Source of the DNA: Pocillopora damicornis
Taxonomy: Eukaryota
DNA: 64,000 bases
Assembly: GCF_003704095.1 (NCBI RefSeq)
Contig: NW_020846216.1
Coordinates: forward strand, 186,001 to 250,000
Reading direction: 5' to 3'
Numbering within the stretch: the stretch's first letter is position 1; every line of letters starts with the position of its first letter. A program made the position numbers and the translations under genes. The notes beneath the pieces are model-generated. The model searched no databases. It was not told the DNA's origin and was given only the letters and a program-made list of their open reading frames with translations. Shown here in pieces: positions 13,653 through 26,181 of this stretch.

Positions 13653-15668
13653 GGGAACACAGATAACGCAGTGGTGGGTTGCTCTCGCGCTGACCGCGAG
13701 TCGCCTGGGTCCAGTTCGCTATTGGTTTTCTTCGAGGGTTTTTCTCTGGACCCTTCTTTTTTTCTTCCATCACAAAACCCAAGTCTTATTCGAAATGGAA
13801 ACAGTAGACGAACAACCATTCTGTGTATGCGTTACTGCTAAATTCTGTTAATTTATCCTGATTTCACTTGTCTCTCTTTAAATGAGCTTGTTTCATGCTC
13901 CTATCAAGAAAACAGATTGAAATGTATGAAAGAATGCGCTAAAACGTGTGTTTATTACCTCAATCACTGACCCAAGGATGACGTTTTGTTAAGGTTTAGG
14001 ACGATTNNNNNNNNNNNNNNNNNNNNNNNNNNNNNNNNNNNNNNNNNNNNNNNNNNNNNNNNNNNNNNNNNNNNNNNNNNNNNNNNNNNNNNNNNNNNNN
14101 NNNNNNAATGCCTCTTTTTATGGGATCAGTCATTATTTTACGCCTGGGGAGGATCAGTTTGAAATGTTTTACTTAGGAATTAATGGGACATTGGATCTGA
14201 TTATTAAGGAATTATTTTTGCCTTAGCTTTCAGCTAAGATTTAAGGGGATCATTCTCTCTAATTTATGAAGGGACCTAGTCCTCGATAGCTCCCAACGTA
14301 AATAGGACACAGTTTATGACGTCCTCAAAGGACGTAGCCTATACGGGCCCCATTTAGCATATACTCGTTATAGTTAAGTAACCAGAGTCTAGTCCCAGGG
14401 CCCCTTATTCGCCATCCTAAAATTTGAGGGTAGAAGCGCCCTGGAACGAGGTTGGTAAAAAGCAATAGAACGATGATAAAGCCTGAGTATAGTTCTGTAG
14501 GTTGGTAGGAGAAAGTAATTTTAATTTACCCACATTTTCTAGAATTAAAAGCATCTCAAAATATACGTTGGATCCAGAATTGCAAGGAACTGTTTTTGTT
14601 ATGACACAGCATGGTTTGGTTTTCAAAGAATTGTTTGACGATGTAATTCAAAGGGGGAAAAAACATTGAAATACCAACCATTTTAAATGGTTAAAGTTAA
14701 GTGTCGTATTTTTTCAAGCTCTATAGTTGGCATAAAACTCGCGAGACTGTTTAGTTTGAAATTAAGAAAAGGGAAGCTGATTGAGTCACGTTGACTAAAA
14801 ATTTGTATAGCCTAGTTTAGCTCAGTTATACAAATTTTCGTTTACGGTTTTTTAACCATCAGAGTTTAAAGCTTGACAAATAAAAAAATAAAGTCAGTGA
14901 ATGAAAACTTAATTCGTGTCGAGAGTGAATCAGATGTGTGTTGTGACGCAGTTAAGAAATATCTGAGATGCTACCAGCGCCTTTTCTCATGTTCTCCTAA
15001 ACTCCCATCTAAGTTTTTACCCCGGCCACAGTTCACCCGATACTGACAAATTTATTCATGACCCATCACCAATTTCACCCGTATTATGCCCTTTTTTTTT
15101 CCTTTTTTCAGCCTGAGAAAAATATTACGTTTTCCCACTTGCAAAATTTTATTTTGCGCCTCGGTGGACTTTTGATGGAAGTCAGAAAGCTTTGCTAGTT
15201 ACTGGGTCTTGACTGGATGTTTAGCTTTAATAAACAACAAACGAGTGTCTTTGTAATTCCTGCTCCCGCTTCCCGCCCTCCCCGGCCCCTGTTCTCCCAG
15301 GCTCCCGCCCCCTGTCCCCTTCCATTTTAGATGACGCAAAATATGGCTCTCTGTAACTAATATATTTCGTTTCACGTCAACTCAGCCTTTAGGATCAAAG
15401 ACACATACACTTATAATTAGTCTCTGGAATTTTTTGATGGCTGTTTGGCACATTATTCAGCATGTGCTCCTGGAATATGCAACCGAGCTGCGAAAAAATT
15501 TAGGTTTTAAATATCGAGCATCTTTCCTTAAATAGCTGTGGATGAACTGGAAAAAAAAAGCAGGAGGAGAGGGAAACAAACATTTTTTCACGCATATTTT
15601 TGTTATTAAAAAAATTCGTGTCTGTAAAGGCCCAGAACTTGTACTGGCCGGAACCACTTCACCCAGCG

Positions 15669-18600
15669 TTAAAAAGGTGAAATCTCACGCCGTAGATTTG
15701 CTCTCATGAGCTGAAAAACAATGAACGAAAAATAGAATCGGCACAAATCATTCATACACTTTGGACGTTTGATTAACCATTTCAGTAACCTATTTGACGT
15801 CCGAAGTCAATACTCAAATTCTCCCAGCGGAAATCACCACTCAGAGGTCAAACGAGGTCAAACTGGCTCCTCCCCCTTACGCCAGAAAAATTATTTCGAA
15901 TTTATTGCGTTGTGTAAACCATTCTGGAGGCGGAAGAGACTCCACCATGTGTAAGTTGTAGAATAAGGTAATTTTCGATCGAGTGTTGAAAGTAATTCAG
16001 GATTCCATTGGTTTTGATTTACTTTGCTTTGTGTTTGCTGCAGAAAACTCACCCCACCCTCTCAACCAATCAGATGCAAAGTAAAATCCAATCGCACCTT
16101 GGTCATCTGCGTTTTCCCGCTTTGGGCGGTACACTTGTTTTTAACCGAGTTGTCATTGGCTATTGACGTATTTCCTTTGCTCTGATTGGCCCTTGTACTT
16201 GCTTTGGTTTTGATTTACGACACTTAATCACAAAACCCTCACTGACCATAATTCTTTGAGAAACCTCATTCTATGTTAAGAGACCATCAGGAACCGTCTA
16301 TGAGGCTACATTTCAGAGAGAGACTTACCGATTTCCTCTCTTCTAACGTGAGTTCCTCTAGTCCCATAACAAACGCGACCTTGGTTAGCGCGCATTCGAC
16401 CGTCATGTCTCCCCCGAGGACTACTCCTAACTCAACAAGGCCCTGTGTGAATAACGAATCACAATCTAAAACTCGGACATTTTGTGGTTTTCGAGATTTG
16501 TTTAGCTTTAGTTCTGTAGCGGGTACATCTAAAAAGCATATCTTGATGAAAGCAAAAACGGCAAACGACCAGCTCGTTATCCTTCTATTAATCTTTCCTG
16601 GTACTGCCTAAGTCTTTCTTAAAATCTTTCCTAATATTTTCCTAGGAAATCTAAGTTCCTTCTCCTCAAAATTCTCTACAAAGCTGACGAGAAGATTGAG
16701 GTCAATGGAGAGTGTCAGTCACCTTCCTTCCCTCTCCCTTTAAATACTTAAAAATGTACACAATGAATAAGGTCCTGGAAAACATATTCTTACAAAACTG
16801 CATTAGGCATTTAGTCAGTACCTTTTCCACAAACTCGCTAGAAACATCATGTGGCCCCCCACGACAAGGACAACAGGTGACAATGACCACACCCTTGTCC
16901 GTCGCTTCTTTGACCGCCTCAGTAAGATCAGTTCTCAAGTCTGGTATATTGCCACTTCCATATGTTACCAGGACAACACCCTCAATTGGAGGCTCTAAAC
17001 ACCCTTTTATCTGAATATAAGCAAATAGAAGGTAACAGAAAGGATCAAAAGCTAGGCAAACATCATTTGGGTTTGGAGGGCAAATCCAGTGTAAATTTTA
17101 AACCCTTTGTAACTTGTTTTCTTTGCTCTAATTAATTCTTTGCTACCTGGCATTAATTAGCATCCATATTCTCCATACTGATCTCTCAACATTTCCTTTT
17201 CATTTTTTGTTGGAAAATCAAGAGCTTCTAAATTGGTGATCAAAGTTTTTCTACATCAATCTTCTAAAATGACATTACAACATACCATTTGTATTGGGAT
17301 ACCAGGGAACATAGGAAGTAATGCTATGTTTTGGCTCATCTTTGTGTGGAGTGTGAAACATCCTTTATGCCTTGGATCACCAGAATAATTCCATTCAACT
17401 AAGTAATGACAAAAATTATTTTCAATAAATACTGGTAGCTGGTCAACCTGTTAAATTAAAACAACTGTGATTGCATGCTACACAAGCAGAGCATGGTAAA
17501 ATCTGTGCAATGAGCTGCTGAAACTGGCAAAAATTAGGTGCTAAAATGCTACTAAACTACTTTTAAAGGGCTACTTTTATAAATAAATTTTATATAGGGC
17601 TTATCAGATCAATGACTCTAAAGCATGGCTCTCTTGAAAGGCAACCAGTAAAAGTACAAGTTAGCTTGGCAAAAAGGCAATGGCTGGAACTGATGAAATC
17701 TTTCACAGAGGCTTTGGTACTGTCCTGCTAGCTTGGTTAGTGTACAGAACAAGACATGAGCATACACCACAGACAGAAGAAATTAGTTATAAATAAACTC
17801 ATTACCATCAGTAAAAGGTTATGCACTTACTGCCTCCATTATTGCTTAGTTTTGCCAGAGGAGGATAGCTTGGTGAGTCAAAAACAGAAAAACTCTTTGC
17901 ATCTACTTTGGTTGATTTATTTCCTCTAAGAAGCTTTCCATTAAAGAAAATTGTTACCTGTAGAGGGGGAAAGTTGTTTCTTAGGTGCCTGATATATAAG
18001 TGCAAAAGTACATTAAAATGGGTTTTATTCAAGTCAAAATCGCTTGCATAGTAATCATTTCCTTTCACCTGGCTCACTTTTATCCAGCTTAATGCTACAT
18101 ACATTTACCCCTTCCACCCCTGAGATCTAGTAAATCTATGTTCCTACCTCTGAAACTGCATAGTGCCCAGCAAACAACAGTGCACCACCCAGGTTATCTT
18201 TTGCATCTGTCTCTTCCTCATAAATTGGGGTCTGTGATAAAAGGAGACATGTGAAGGTTTTAATGAACTTAACTGACCATGTCTCTGTAAAGTGAAAAAT
18301 AGTATTTGACCAGAAATAGATACTAGCACAGCCCAGAACCTATTGTAATGAGATTTCAAAACTTATGCAGAAATCCTAGATTCAGGCAATATAAGGGTTA
18401 TTTTTTTATTACTCACAAGAAAATTAAAAGTTTTGTATACTTTCTACTCAATTACAGATTTTAAAATTCAGGTACTTCACTGCTTCATAATGCAATTGAG
18501 TGTAGTTTTAGGGTGACTTTACCACAGGTTCCGTCTATCTCAGATGCCAATATTTTTACCCACATGATTCCTTGACAATCTTTTGATCTTGAATTGTTCT

Positions 18601-19811
18601 ATTAATCATACTGGCACTCAATCAGCCTACAAAATAACACTTGGAAATTTTAACATGGTTTACCTGTGCTCCAGTGAGGACCACAGGTTTCCCAAGATTC
18701 TCAAGCATGAAAGACAGTGCTGATGCAGTATAAGCCATAGTATCAGTCCCATGTAAGATCACAAACCCATCATAGTCATCATAGTTGTTGGCAATCTCTG
18801 TGGCCATGTCAATCCAGTCCTTTGTGCAAGTATCTTTTGATTCCCGTATAGTACCAGCCTTCTTGATATCATACAATATTTTGCTGTTATCCTGATCATG
18901 TACACTAAACAAAAACCAGTCAAATAAGCCAATTTTTTAATTATCTCAAGTGTAAGGATGAGAATAATTCAAAAACATTACCGGGTATGTACTTGTTGAT
19001 CATACATTTCTAACAGTTCATCATGATCAGTTGTTGAATGCCAAGTCTGTAATTTCTTTAGTTATCCATGAGATACCCAAGATCTAAATTACATATATAG
19101 TTAACATTTCCTCCACTTTATGGATATATTTTAAAATATTAGTTTTGAAAGTACAGCATTCAACAAGAACCTCCAAGTGATATTTTCTTCCCTTCTCATG
19201 TACCAAGTCTGGCAAAAGTTCTAACAGCTTCCCCTTGCAGAGGCACAAATCTAATCTGCCTGAGCTCAGTTGTTAAATTAATCTTTAAGATGGAAGGCTC
19301 AACAATTGAAAAGTGTATTTCAACAAAAGAAGATTTATTTTAATGAGCTTGCAAGCTTGAGTCCCCATCAGGCATCAAATCTCAGATCTTCAGATTCTGA
19401 AAGGTAATACTTACAGCATGGCCAATCTCTCTGTTACACCCACTTTTCTTGCTTGAGGCACAGTGAAAGCAGCATCATGAAGCAATGGATGCCTTTTCAA
19501 CTCTTCAATGAATAAGTCCAAGTGTAGAATGCAAGGCTCTGAAATAGGAGGATTTTTCCTTTCCACTCACTCTGATTCTCATTGTTTTTTCATGCCATAC
19601 ACACTTCATGATTGGAAATGATGCAAGATATCTTTATCAATTTCACCTTCACAAGGGAAGTGACATGCAAAACATCTAAAACTATTAAGTCGATGAAAAA
19701 TTATAAATTAATTGGTATCATACCATTTTCAGAGAGCTTTTTCATTCCAACTGTTCCTCCAGTATATAGAACAAGGACCAGTGAGGACTTGGCAGGCGTC
19801 ATGTCACTCAT
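15669..19811 (-). CDS. ASPG: Type I L-asparaginase-like protein without ankyrin repeats (ASPG-like paralog A, about 373 aa)
   Basis: Exons (minus strand) 19724-19811, 19415-19538, 18664-18904, 18148-18231, 17831-17957, 17286-17398, 16822-17010, 16329-16442, 15669-15710 sum to 1122 nt in one frame. Motifs [54 protein letters not shown]; the protein ends LMRANLRREISPF*. Confidence 0.88.
15970..16235 (+). repeat. Copy of the 250-bp dispersed repeat family
   Basis: gagtgttgaaagtaattc...caaccaatcagatgcaaa...gcgttttcccgc...ctctgattggc. Confidence 0.65.
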
Positions 19812-21370
19812 AACGAAGAGATGGAGAATCTGGAAGCAGCTTATTGAGAGGAGTACTCTATAAACTCTCTTGCGCACTGCCTGGTGTCACTTCAGTGACT
19901 TCATACAGCCTAAAGATAGAAGCAAGAGTAGGAACAGGAAGCTAAGCACAGCATTTTCCCAAGCATCCCCCCCGTCACATCACCTCACAATCCCTTGAAC
20001 CCGTGTAATTAATTGAGGAGGTGATCTGCCTCCCCTACTGATAATGGTTGATCGCAATAGGCCACCTCCGGATAAAATAACAGTCGAGAAATATAGCTTA
20101 AAAAACGACATAGGAACAGTAGAGAAGAAGTCTGAATTAATTCATCCAGCACAAAAATGCATAGATAACGTTACCTAAATTTCCTCACAATAAAGTTCGA
20201 CGTACGACACCATTTTCGCTTTCTGTCTTTGTCAATATTCTTCAAAATATTGTACAGCTTACTTTTATGACACTTTCTTTAGCGGTTACTAACATCAAAT
20301 CCGTGACCCATCCACTAACCCCACTTTTTTAGCTCATTTGGTCACGAAACCACGTACAACATGTCACGCTACATAGCCACTGTGCGAACTAAAATCCGCT
20401 GGCCTGGTACAGAGGAACACCGGTTAATATGTACATACCGTGAAAAGTGTATGCAGTGAATATGTCACGCAAACGACAACAAATAAAACCTAGAAATTGG
20501 AATTACTCATAATGAAGGCTTTCCTTCTTAATAATCAATTTATATCTCCAGTCTGCGTCTGGAAAAGCATTCTACCGTTCACCGCCAGCATCCACCAACA
20601 TTATAAAAGAAGCCGGGAAATCGAGAAAATTTGGAATCATTTCGAAGTTCTTCGCAAATGTTTGGGGATACTCGGAACGGGTGGATGACATTACATTCGC
20701 CAAACTTCTCTGCGGTTGTCGTATTTGAAAAGTATTTACGAAAGGACAAATACCATCAGAGAGCACGTATAAATAGAAAAGTACATTTATAGAAATAAAA
20801 TCCACTTTTCATTTTGCAAAAGTGAGGATTAATGAGCGACTGGTGGCATGCAAAGAAGTTTGAATCCACATCACGCGTTAAATTCCTCACAAATGATCGG
20901 AGCAGTTCTCTAATTAGTGTTTTATTTTCAGTAGAGAATTAAAGAAAATTGAAAAATTTATTGTCTAGGTAAGATTATTAGTGGGATACACATCAATAAA
21001 ACCATCACAGCACTAGTTCAATTCTGAAGCCTAAATGTTTTCTAAGATATGAAAAAGTTGAAATTTCGTGCGTCAGAGCTTGCCATCGAGGGCGAACTAC
21101 CTGTCAAAGTTTGAAACGGTTTGGTTACAGAGCTGACACCGGCCTATTTACAAACACCAAAGGTGAGAAAGTATTGCATCCTCCTGTTTACATGTGCTGT
21201 GCGACAGAAAAACTCTTGTTGGTATTTCTGTGTTACATTCTCTGCTGTAACAATACAGCTTTCGAAAGCTGTTTAAACGCAGATCATGAGAAAGTAGATA
21301 TTAAAAGAGCGATTTGGCTTTTTGTAATGCTTCATCACCACAAAGCTTTGATCGGTGAGTTTTACCCAAG

Positions 21371-22225
21371 ATGGAGGCAATTTTTCATATCCTTATTGCG
21401 GCCAGTATTGTTGCTCTTGTCTCAGGCCACGGCCGGCTTATTGATCCACCCAGCAGGAACTCAGCATGGAGGTACGGTTTTGAAACGCCGAGGCAAGACA
21501 CAGATAATGAGCTTAACTGTGGCGGGTTTAATGTGCAGTGGTCTACGAACAAAGGAAAGTGCGGTGTGTGTGGAGACGCCCATCACTTAAGGCCTGGTAA
21601 AGCTCTTTATACCCATCCCGGAAAGTACGCGACGGGAACCATCACTAAGACGTACAAAGAGGGACAGGAGATTAAGGTGGTGGTAGACGTAACCTCCAAC
21701 CATCAGGGATACTTCACCTTCAGTGTGGGCGACATTGGCTCTCCTCCCATAACTCAAGAGAAGCTGAGCTACGTGTTGAGGCAGCCCAATGGCGACACCA
21801 AGTGGAAAATCAACTCGCACGGGAACGACGTGTTTACTATCAGGCTAAGACTTCCCAGGGGCTTGACATGTGATCACTGCGTGTTACAGTGGTGGTGGCG
21901 TGTGGGAAATAACTGGGGGTGTGATGGAAAAAGAGACTGTGGAATGGGTAAAGGACCACAGGAAACCTTCGTAAACTGCGCCGATATTAGGATCACGAAA
22001 AGCGACGGAAGTGTGCCACCACCGCCTGCTCCAACCCGCCCCCCGCCACCTACAGAGGCACCTCCGGAGCCTCCCAAGCCTACCAAGCCCATGCCCACCA
22101 ATGCTCCTAACCCGGAAGGTTGCAGGTCAATACCTCCGTACAAAAGTAAACAAATGGACGACTGGTGTCGCAGAAATTGCGCCACAGGATACTGCCCAGC
22201 AACTCACTGCAAGTGCTCAATGTAA
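21371..22225 (+). CDS. Secreted lytic polysaccharide monooxygenase, AA15-like, with Pro-rich linker and 6-Cys C-terminal module (copy 1)
   Basis: Intronless 284-aa ORF. Signal peptide ending VSG is followed by His1 (HGRLIDPPSRNSAW). Also LNCGG, GKCGVCGD, second His in TSNHQGYF, LPRGLTCDHCVLQWWW and QETFVNCADI. Confidence 0.92.
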   Translation: MEAIFHILIAASIVALVSGHGRLIDPPSRNSAWRYGFETPRQDTDNELNCGGFNVQWSTNKGKCGVCGDAHHLRPGKALYTHPGKYATGTITKTYKEGQEIKVVVDVTSNHQGYFTFSVGDIGSPPITQEKLSYVLRQPNGDTKWKINSHGNDVFTIRLRLPRGLTCDHCVLQWWWRVGNNWGCDGKRDCGMGKGPQETFVNCADIRITKSDGSVPPPPAPTRPPPPTEAPPEPPKPTKPMPTNAPNPEGCRSIPPYKSKQMDDWCRRNCATGYCPATHCKCSM

Positions 22226-24205
22226 AGAAGATCCCCATTACCTGAAGCTTGCATTGAATAAACTTGACAATAAGACTGTACTCGGGTTTGACTTTTGATT
22301 TCATTCGATGTATCTGTGGGTTAATAAAATGTATATCAAACCATTGAAAAGACTTATGTGTTTCTTCGAGATGACTGAGTTGTCTCTGCTTTGCGTTCAA
22401 CTTCATATTTCATCGTTACCAACATACCTGTGATTCCTTCTCCTCCTCAGCCCCCCACACTGCGAACTAAATATTTCCTGAAGATTTCTTAACTTTTAAA
22501 CCACACTTTACAATGAGTCAGTTTAATTATGACGAGTAACTATACATTTGTAACCACTCTTTTTCCACCAAATCACTGAGACTGGCAAATTTTCGAGGAA
22601 AACCTGCACTGTTTTATTCTTAATGAGAACTCCATGGGCCTTTTCTGACCTTTTTTAAAGGCTGGTATTTCATATGGAGGTCAATTTTGATTCTGGTGCG
22701 TTTCCTTCATTGACACGAGATTTAATATTTAAGCACCCTTACACATGCCCGTGCGAATGTATATCACCACTCTTTGTGAGAGGGGTGATAACCCATAATA
22801 ATAAGGATCATAAAATTATCCTTACGACGGTCAAGCGTTTAAAATGCAACCAGCGGGGGGAAGGAGAGGAGAGCGATACGTAATTTCTGCCGACGGCTAT
22901 TTTTTTTGTGTGTATACGTTTCAAAGATGTGCGCGACGCTTGAGCGCGAGAACAAACATGATCTTATTTTCGCGCTCATTTAATAAATCTTCTGCAGCTC
23001 TTGTTCCATCCACATGACATATGAGAGAATAAAGGGCCTGTGGCCAGACTAAAATTGGTGTGAAACCGTGGAGTCTAAACAGAATTTGGCGGTTGGAAAA
23101 TAGTTTTTGCCCCATCTTCTCATCGGGCAAAACTTTCATATTAATCTAACTTTTACTATACCTCCTATTTCGGCATTAGGCAACGATTTTGACGCCAGAA
23201 ACTGAGTTTAACGTAGAACTGTACGCAAGGATTTGGAAACGACCACGAGGATTAAGCAAAGACTGTTTTTTTTCTCTCGTTTTCTTTTCTTCCACTTTTC
23301 TTTTTTTTTGGAGGTTTTTATTTAGTTATTTAAGACACGTTTCCCGAAGGAACAAGCAACAAACGCGAAAATTACGTGCGCTACATTGATCAACTTTGCT
23401 TTTACTAGCATTAGAAATTTTGAAATGTAAGAGTGCGAATGGCCCTCGCATAAACAACGCTCATCTAAATCAGTTTAAAACCCTCCACTCTCCAGTACCC
23501 TCTCTCTTCCTAATTTGCAAACTAAACAACACCTATGTATGTACCTTATAAAATTTAAATGCCTACTTTTTTGTGATAAAAATTTAATTCGAGCTCAGTT
23601 TATATAAACACGACTATTTAATTTTCCGGCATCATATCTTCGATTCTCCACAATAACCTGCGTTTTACTCCAAACGAAATCAGCATTTTTCGTGATATTA
23701 AACGTGATATAGAAATGTATCGTCTCTAGAACAACCTTTGGCTCTTGACTATTCGCCATGTGTGTAGCTAGATCTCAACTGTGTTTACATCTTGTGCGCT
23801 TTTATTTACGAACCAAAAAAGTGTGAGTGCACTGTTTGCATATCCAGTACATATGTCGTCCAAACGCCAAAAATTCTGAGCAAGGTTTGAACACATTCTA
23901 CTGATGTTAAAATAAGCGGACAGCCAACCTGTTTCAACTTTACAGACCAGATGACAGTCGTCAACCCACGTAAGGGCGTTGCGTATGAGACAGGGGGAGG
24001 GGGAATATCCGCCTGTGATCCCCTCTTTGTTGTGAAAAAAGTGATACTTTGTAAAAGAGCACTTTGACGTGCTTCAGAGCGTTAATGCGACACTTAAGAA
24101 TCCCCCCCCCCCTGCCGCCTATGCGCCTATCACGTTTTAAATTGACCTGCTGCTCGAATGAGATCACAAACGCTAAGTAGGTGCCACACTGAGTTTTCGT
24201 GAAAC

Positions 24206-25051
24206 ATGGCAGCGAATTTGCAAGTTTTTATCGTACTAAACGTTATCACTTTAGTTCTTGGTCACGGTAGCCTTGTCGACCCAGCTAGCAGGAACTCGGC
24301 TTGGAGGTTCGGTTTTGATACACCGACGCAGCATACCGATAACGAGCTGAATTGCGGTGGCTTCAGCGTTCAGTGGAACACGAACAAAGGAAAGTGCGGC
24401 GTGTGTGGAGACGCGTACCATTTTAAGCCTGGTAAGGCTCTCTACACTCACCCTGGAACGTTCGCCACGGGAACCATCACTAAGACGTACAGAGAGGGAC
24501 AGGAAATTACGGTGATGATAGAAGTTACCTCCAACCACCAGGGATACTTCACCTTCAGGGTGGGCGACATTGGCTCTCCTCCCATAACTCAGGAGAAACT
24601 GAAATATGTATTGAGGCAGCCTAATGGCGACACCAGGTGGAAAATCAACGTGCCCGAAGACAAAATCTTTGAGATCAAGCTGAGACTTCCCAAGGGCCTT
24701 ACATGTGATCACTGCGTGTTGCAGTGGTGGTGGCGCGTGGGAAACAGTTGGGGATGCGATGGGCCTAATGACTGCGGAATGGGCAAAGGACAACAGGAAA
24801 CTTTCGTAAATTGCGCCGACATCAGGATCACGAAAAGCGACGGAAGTGTGCCACCACCTCCTCCAACACGGCCTCCCCCACCCACTGAGAAGCCTCCGAA
24901 GCCTACCGAGCCTCTGCCTACCAATGCTCCTAATCCGAAGGGCTGCAAAGCCGTAGGCCCCTGGACAGGTAACAAAGCCATAGACGAGTGGTGCGTCAAA
25001 AACTGCGCCAAAGGTAACTGTCCAGCCAACATGTGCAAGTGTCCGAAGTGA
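24206..25051 (+). CDS. Secreted AA15-like LPMO (copy 2)
   Basis: Intronless 281-aa ORF: signal peptide, HGSLVDPASRNSAW, TSNHQGYF, CVLQWWW, QETFVNCADI, Pro/Thr linker, then CKAVGPW...WCVKNCAKGNCPANMCKC. Confidence 0.92.
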   Translation: MAANLQVFIVLNVITLVLGHGSLVDPASRNSAWRFGFDTPTQHTDNELNCGGFSVQWNTNKGKCGVCGDAYHFKPGKALYTHPGTFATGTITKTYREGQEITVMIEVTSNHQGYFTFRVGDIGSPPITQEKLKYVLRQPNGDTRWKINVPEDKIFEIKLRLPKGLTCDHCVLQWWWRVGNSWGCDGPNDCGMGKGQQETFVNCADIRITKSDGSVPPPPPTRPPPPTEKPPKPTEPLPTNAPNPKGCKAVGPWTGNKAIDEWCVKNCAKGNCPANMCKCPK

Positions 25052-25231
25052 AAGGAACTGTAGTCTGAATGACGTCAAGTCTCTCGCTGGTATAAAGATT
25101 AAAGGGGCTCTGTGTAGATTAAGGGAAGTAAAATGTATGGTTTGGTAAATATCTGCATTTTAATAAATTCAAAAGGTGTGGGATACTTGTATAAATTTGT
25201 TTCAACTGATATTGACAGCTGTTACGCTATG

Positions 25232-25424
25232 TTAACCCTTTGACTTCTAGGAGTGACTAGCATTCAATTTTTCCTTACAACATTAGGGTCACGAGAATAA
25301 AGAAAATGATCGCCAACTAAAAAAGCTGTTGATTGTTTAACAAATTCTCCCTGACTACGCCTCAGGAAATGACTAAAGAATAGTAGGAGAGTATGCACAC
25401 TGATGTTAGGGTGTAAAGAGTTTT
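25232..25424. mobile_element. piggyBac-type MITE copy
   Basis: Starts ttaaccctttgac, carries the family core and ends gggtgtaaagagtt. Confidence 0.65.
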
Positions 25425-26181
25425 CGACAATGATACTGTGGCCTTATATAAATCGATAACTGTTTTAATTGGTATTTCTCAAAGTCTCGTTAGAAAATCA
25501 AATGCTTAAAATTTGGATGGCTGATAACTTTTGCTTTGAAAGCTTTTCCGTCGATCAAAATCAGTTTTCCTATCTAAAAAATGAAACGATGGAAAGCCGA
25601 TCGTAATTAGACACGGATTGAAGCACTTATTTACGTATTTATTTTCACAATGAAGGAAATTTACAGATCTAATACATGGCTTGCAGCGCGATTCAAAAAA
25701 TACCCAGCTGAGTATATATATATATATTGCACGCTTTGTCAAACCATAAAAACGCCAAAAAAAGAACGAAGCTAATATCCAGCCTCCTTGACCAAACAAA
25801 CTTGGTCAATAATCCCGAGCCCATCTTGCCCGCTCTTTTTATTCTGAATGAATAATGATATCAGCAATGGCTGAAGAAAATTCGGATGAGGAAACATATT
25901 CCGAATATCTTTTTTGTTTGCTCTTGAATTACCAATTTAATAGGGATTATAAGGAACATGAGTTCCATACAGGGATTTTCTTCGCATTTGAAAATGATCA
26001 CAATTCTTGAGATGAATTCCACGTTTTTATTTAATTCTGACATAATCAGGGAGTAACAATCTTTTAAGAACTATCTGCTGCTATATCCGGGTAAATGATC
26101 TTCAGATTAAGCAAGCCGCAATTTATTTACCTAATATAAACTTAGTGCATATACGTAAAAATTCGCTGCCTTTCAACACTG

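Noticed and set aside
11923-14106. SPT copy 2 as a pseudogene missing the PLP-lysine exon
   Set aside because: The missing exons coincide with N-gaps, and the visible exons are intact with good splice sites.
24251-25078. 275-aa antisense ORF over LPMO copy 2, and similar antisense ORFs over copies 1 and 3
   Set aside because: Shadow ORFs of GC-richer coding sequence with no recognisable motifs.
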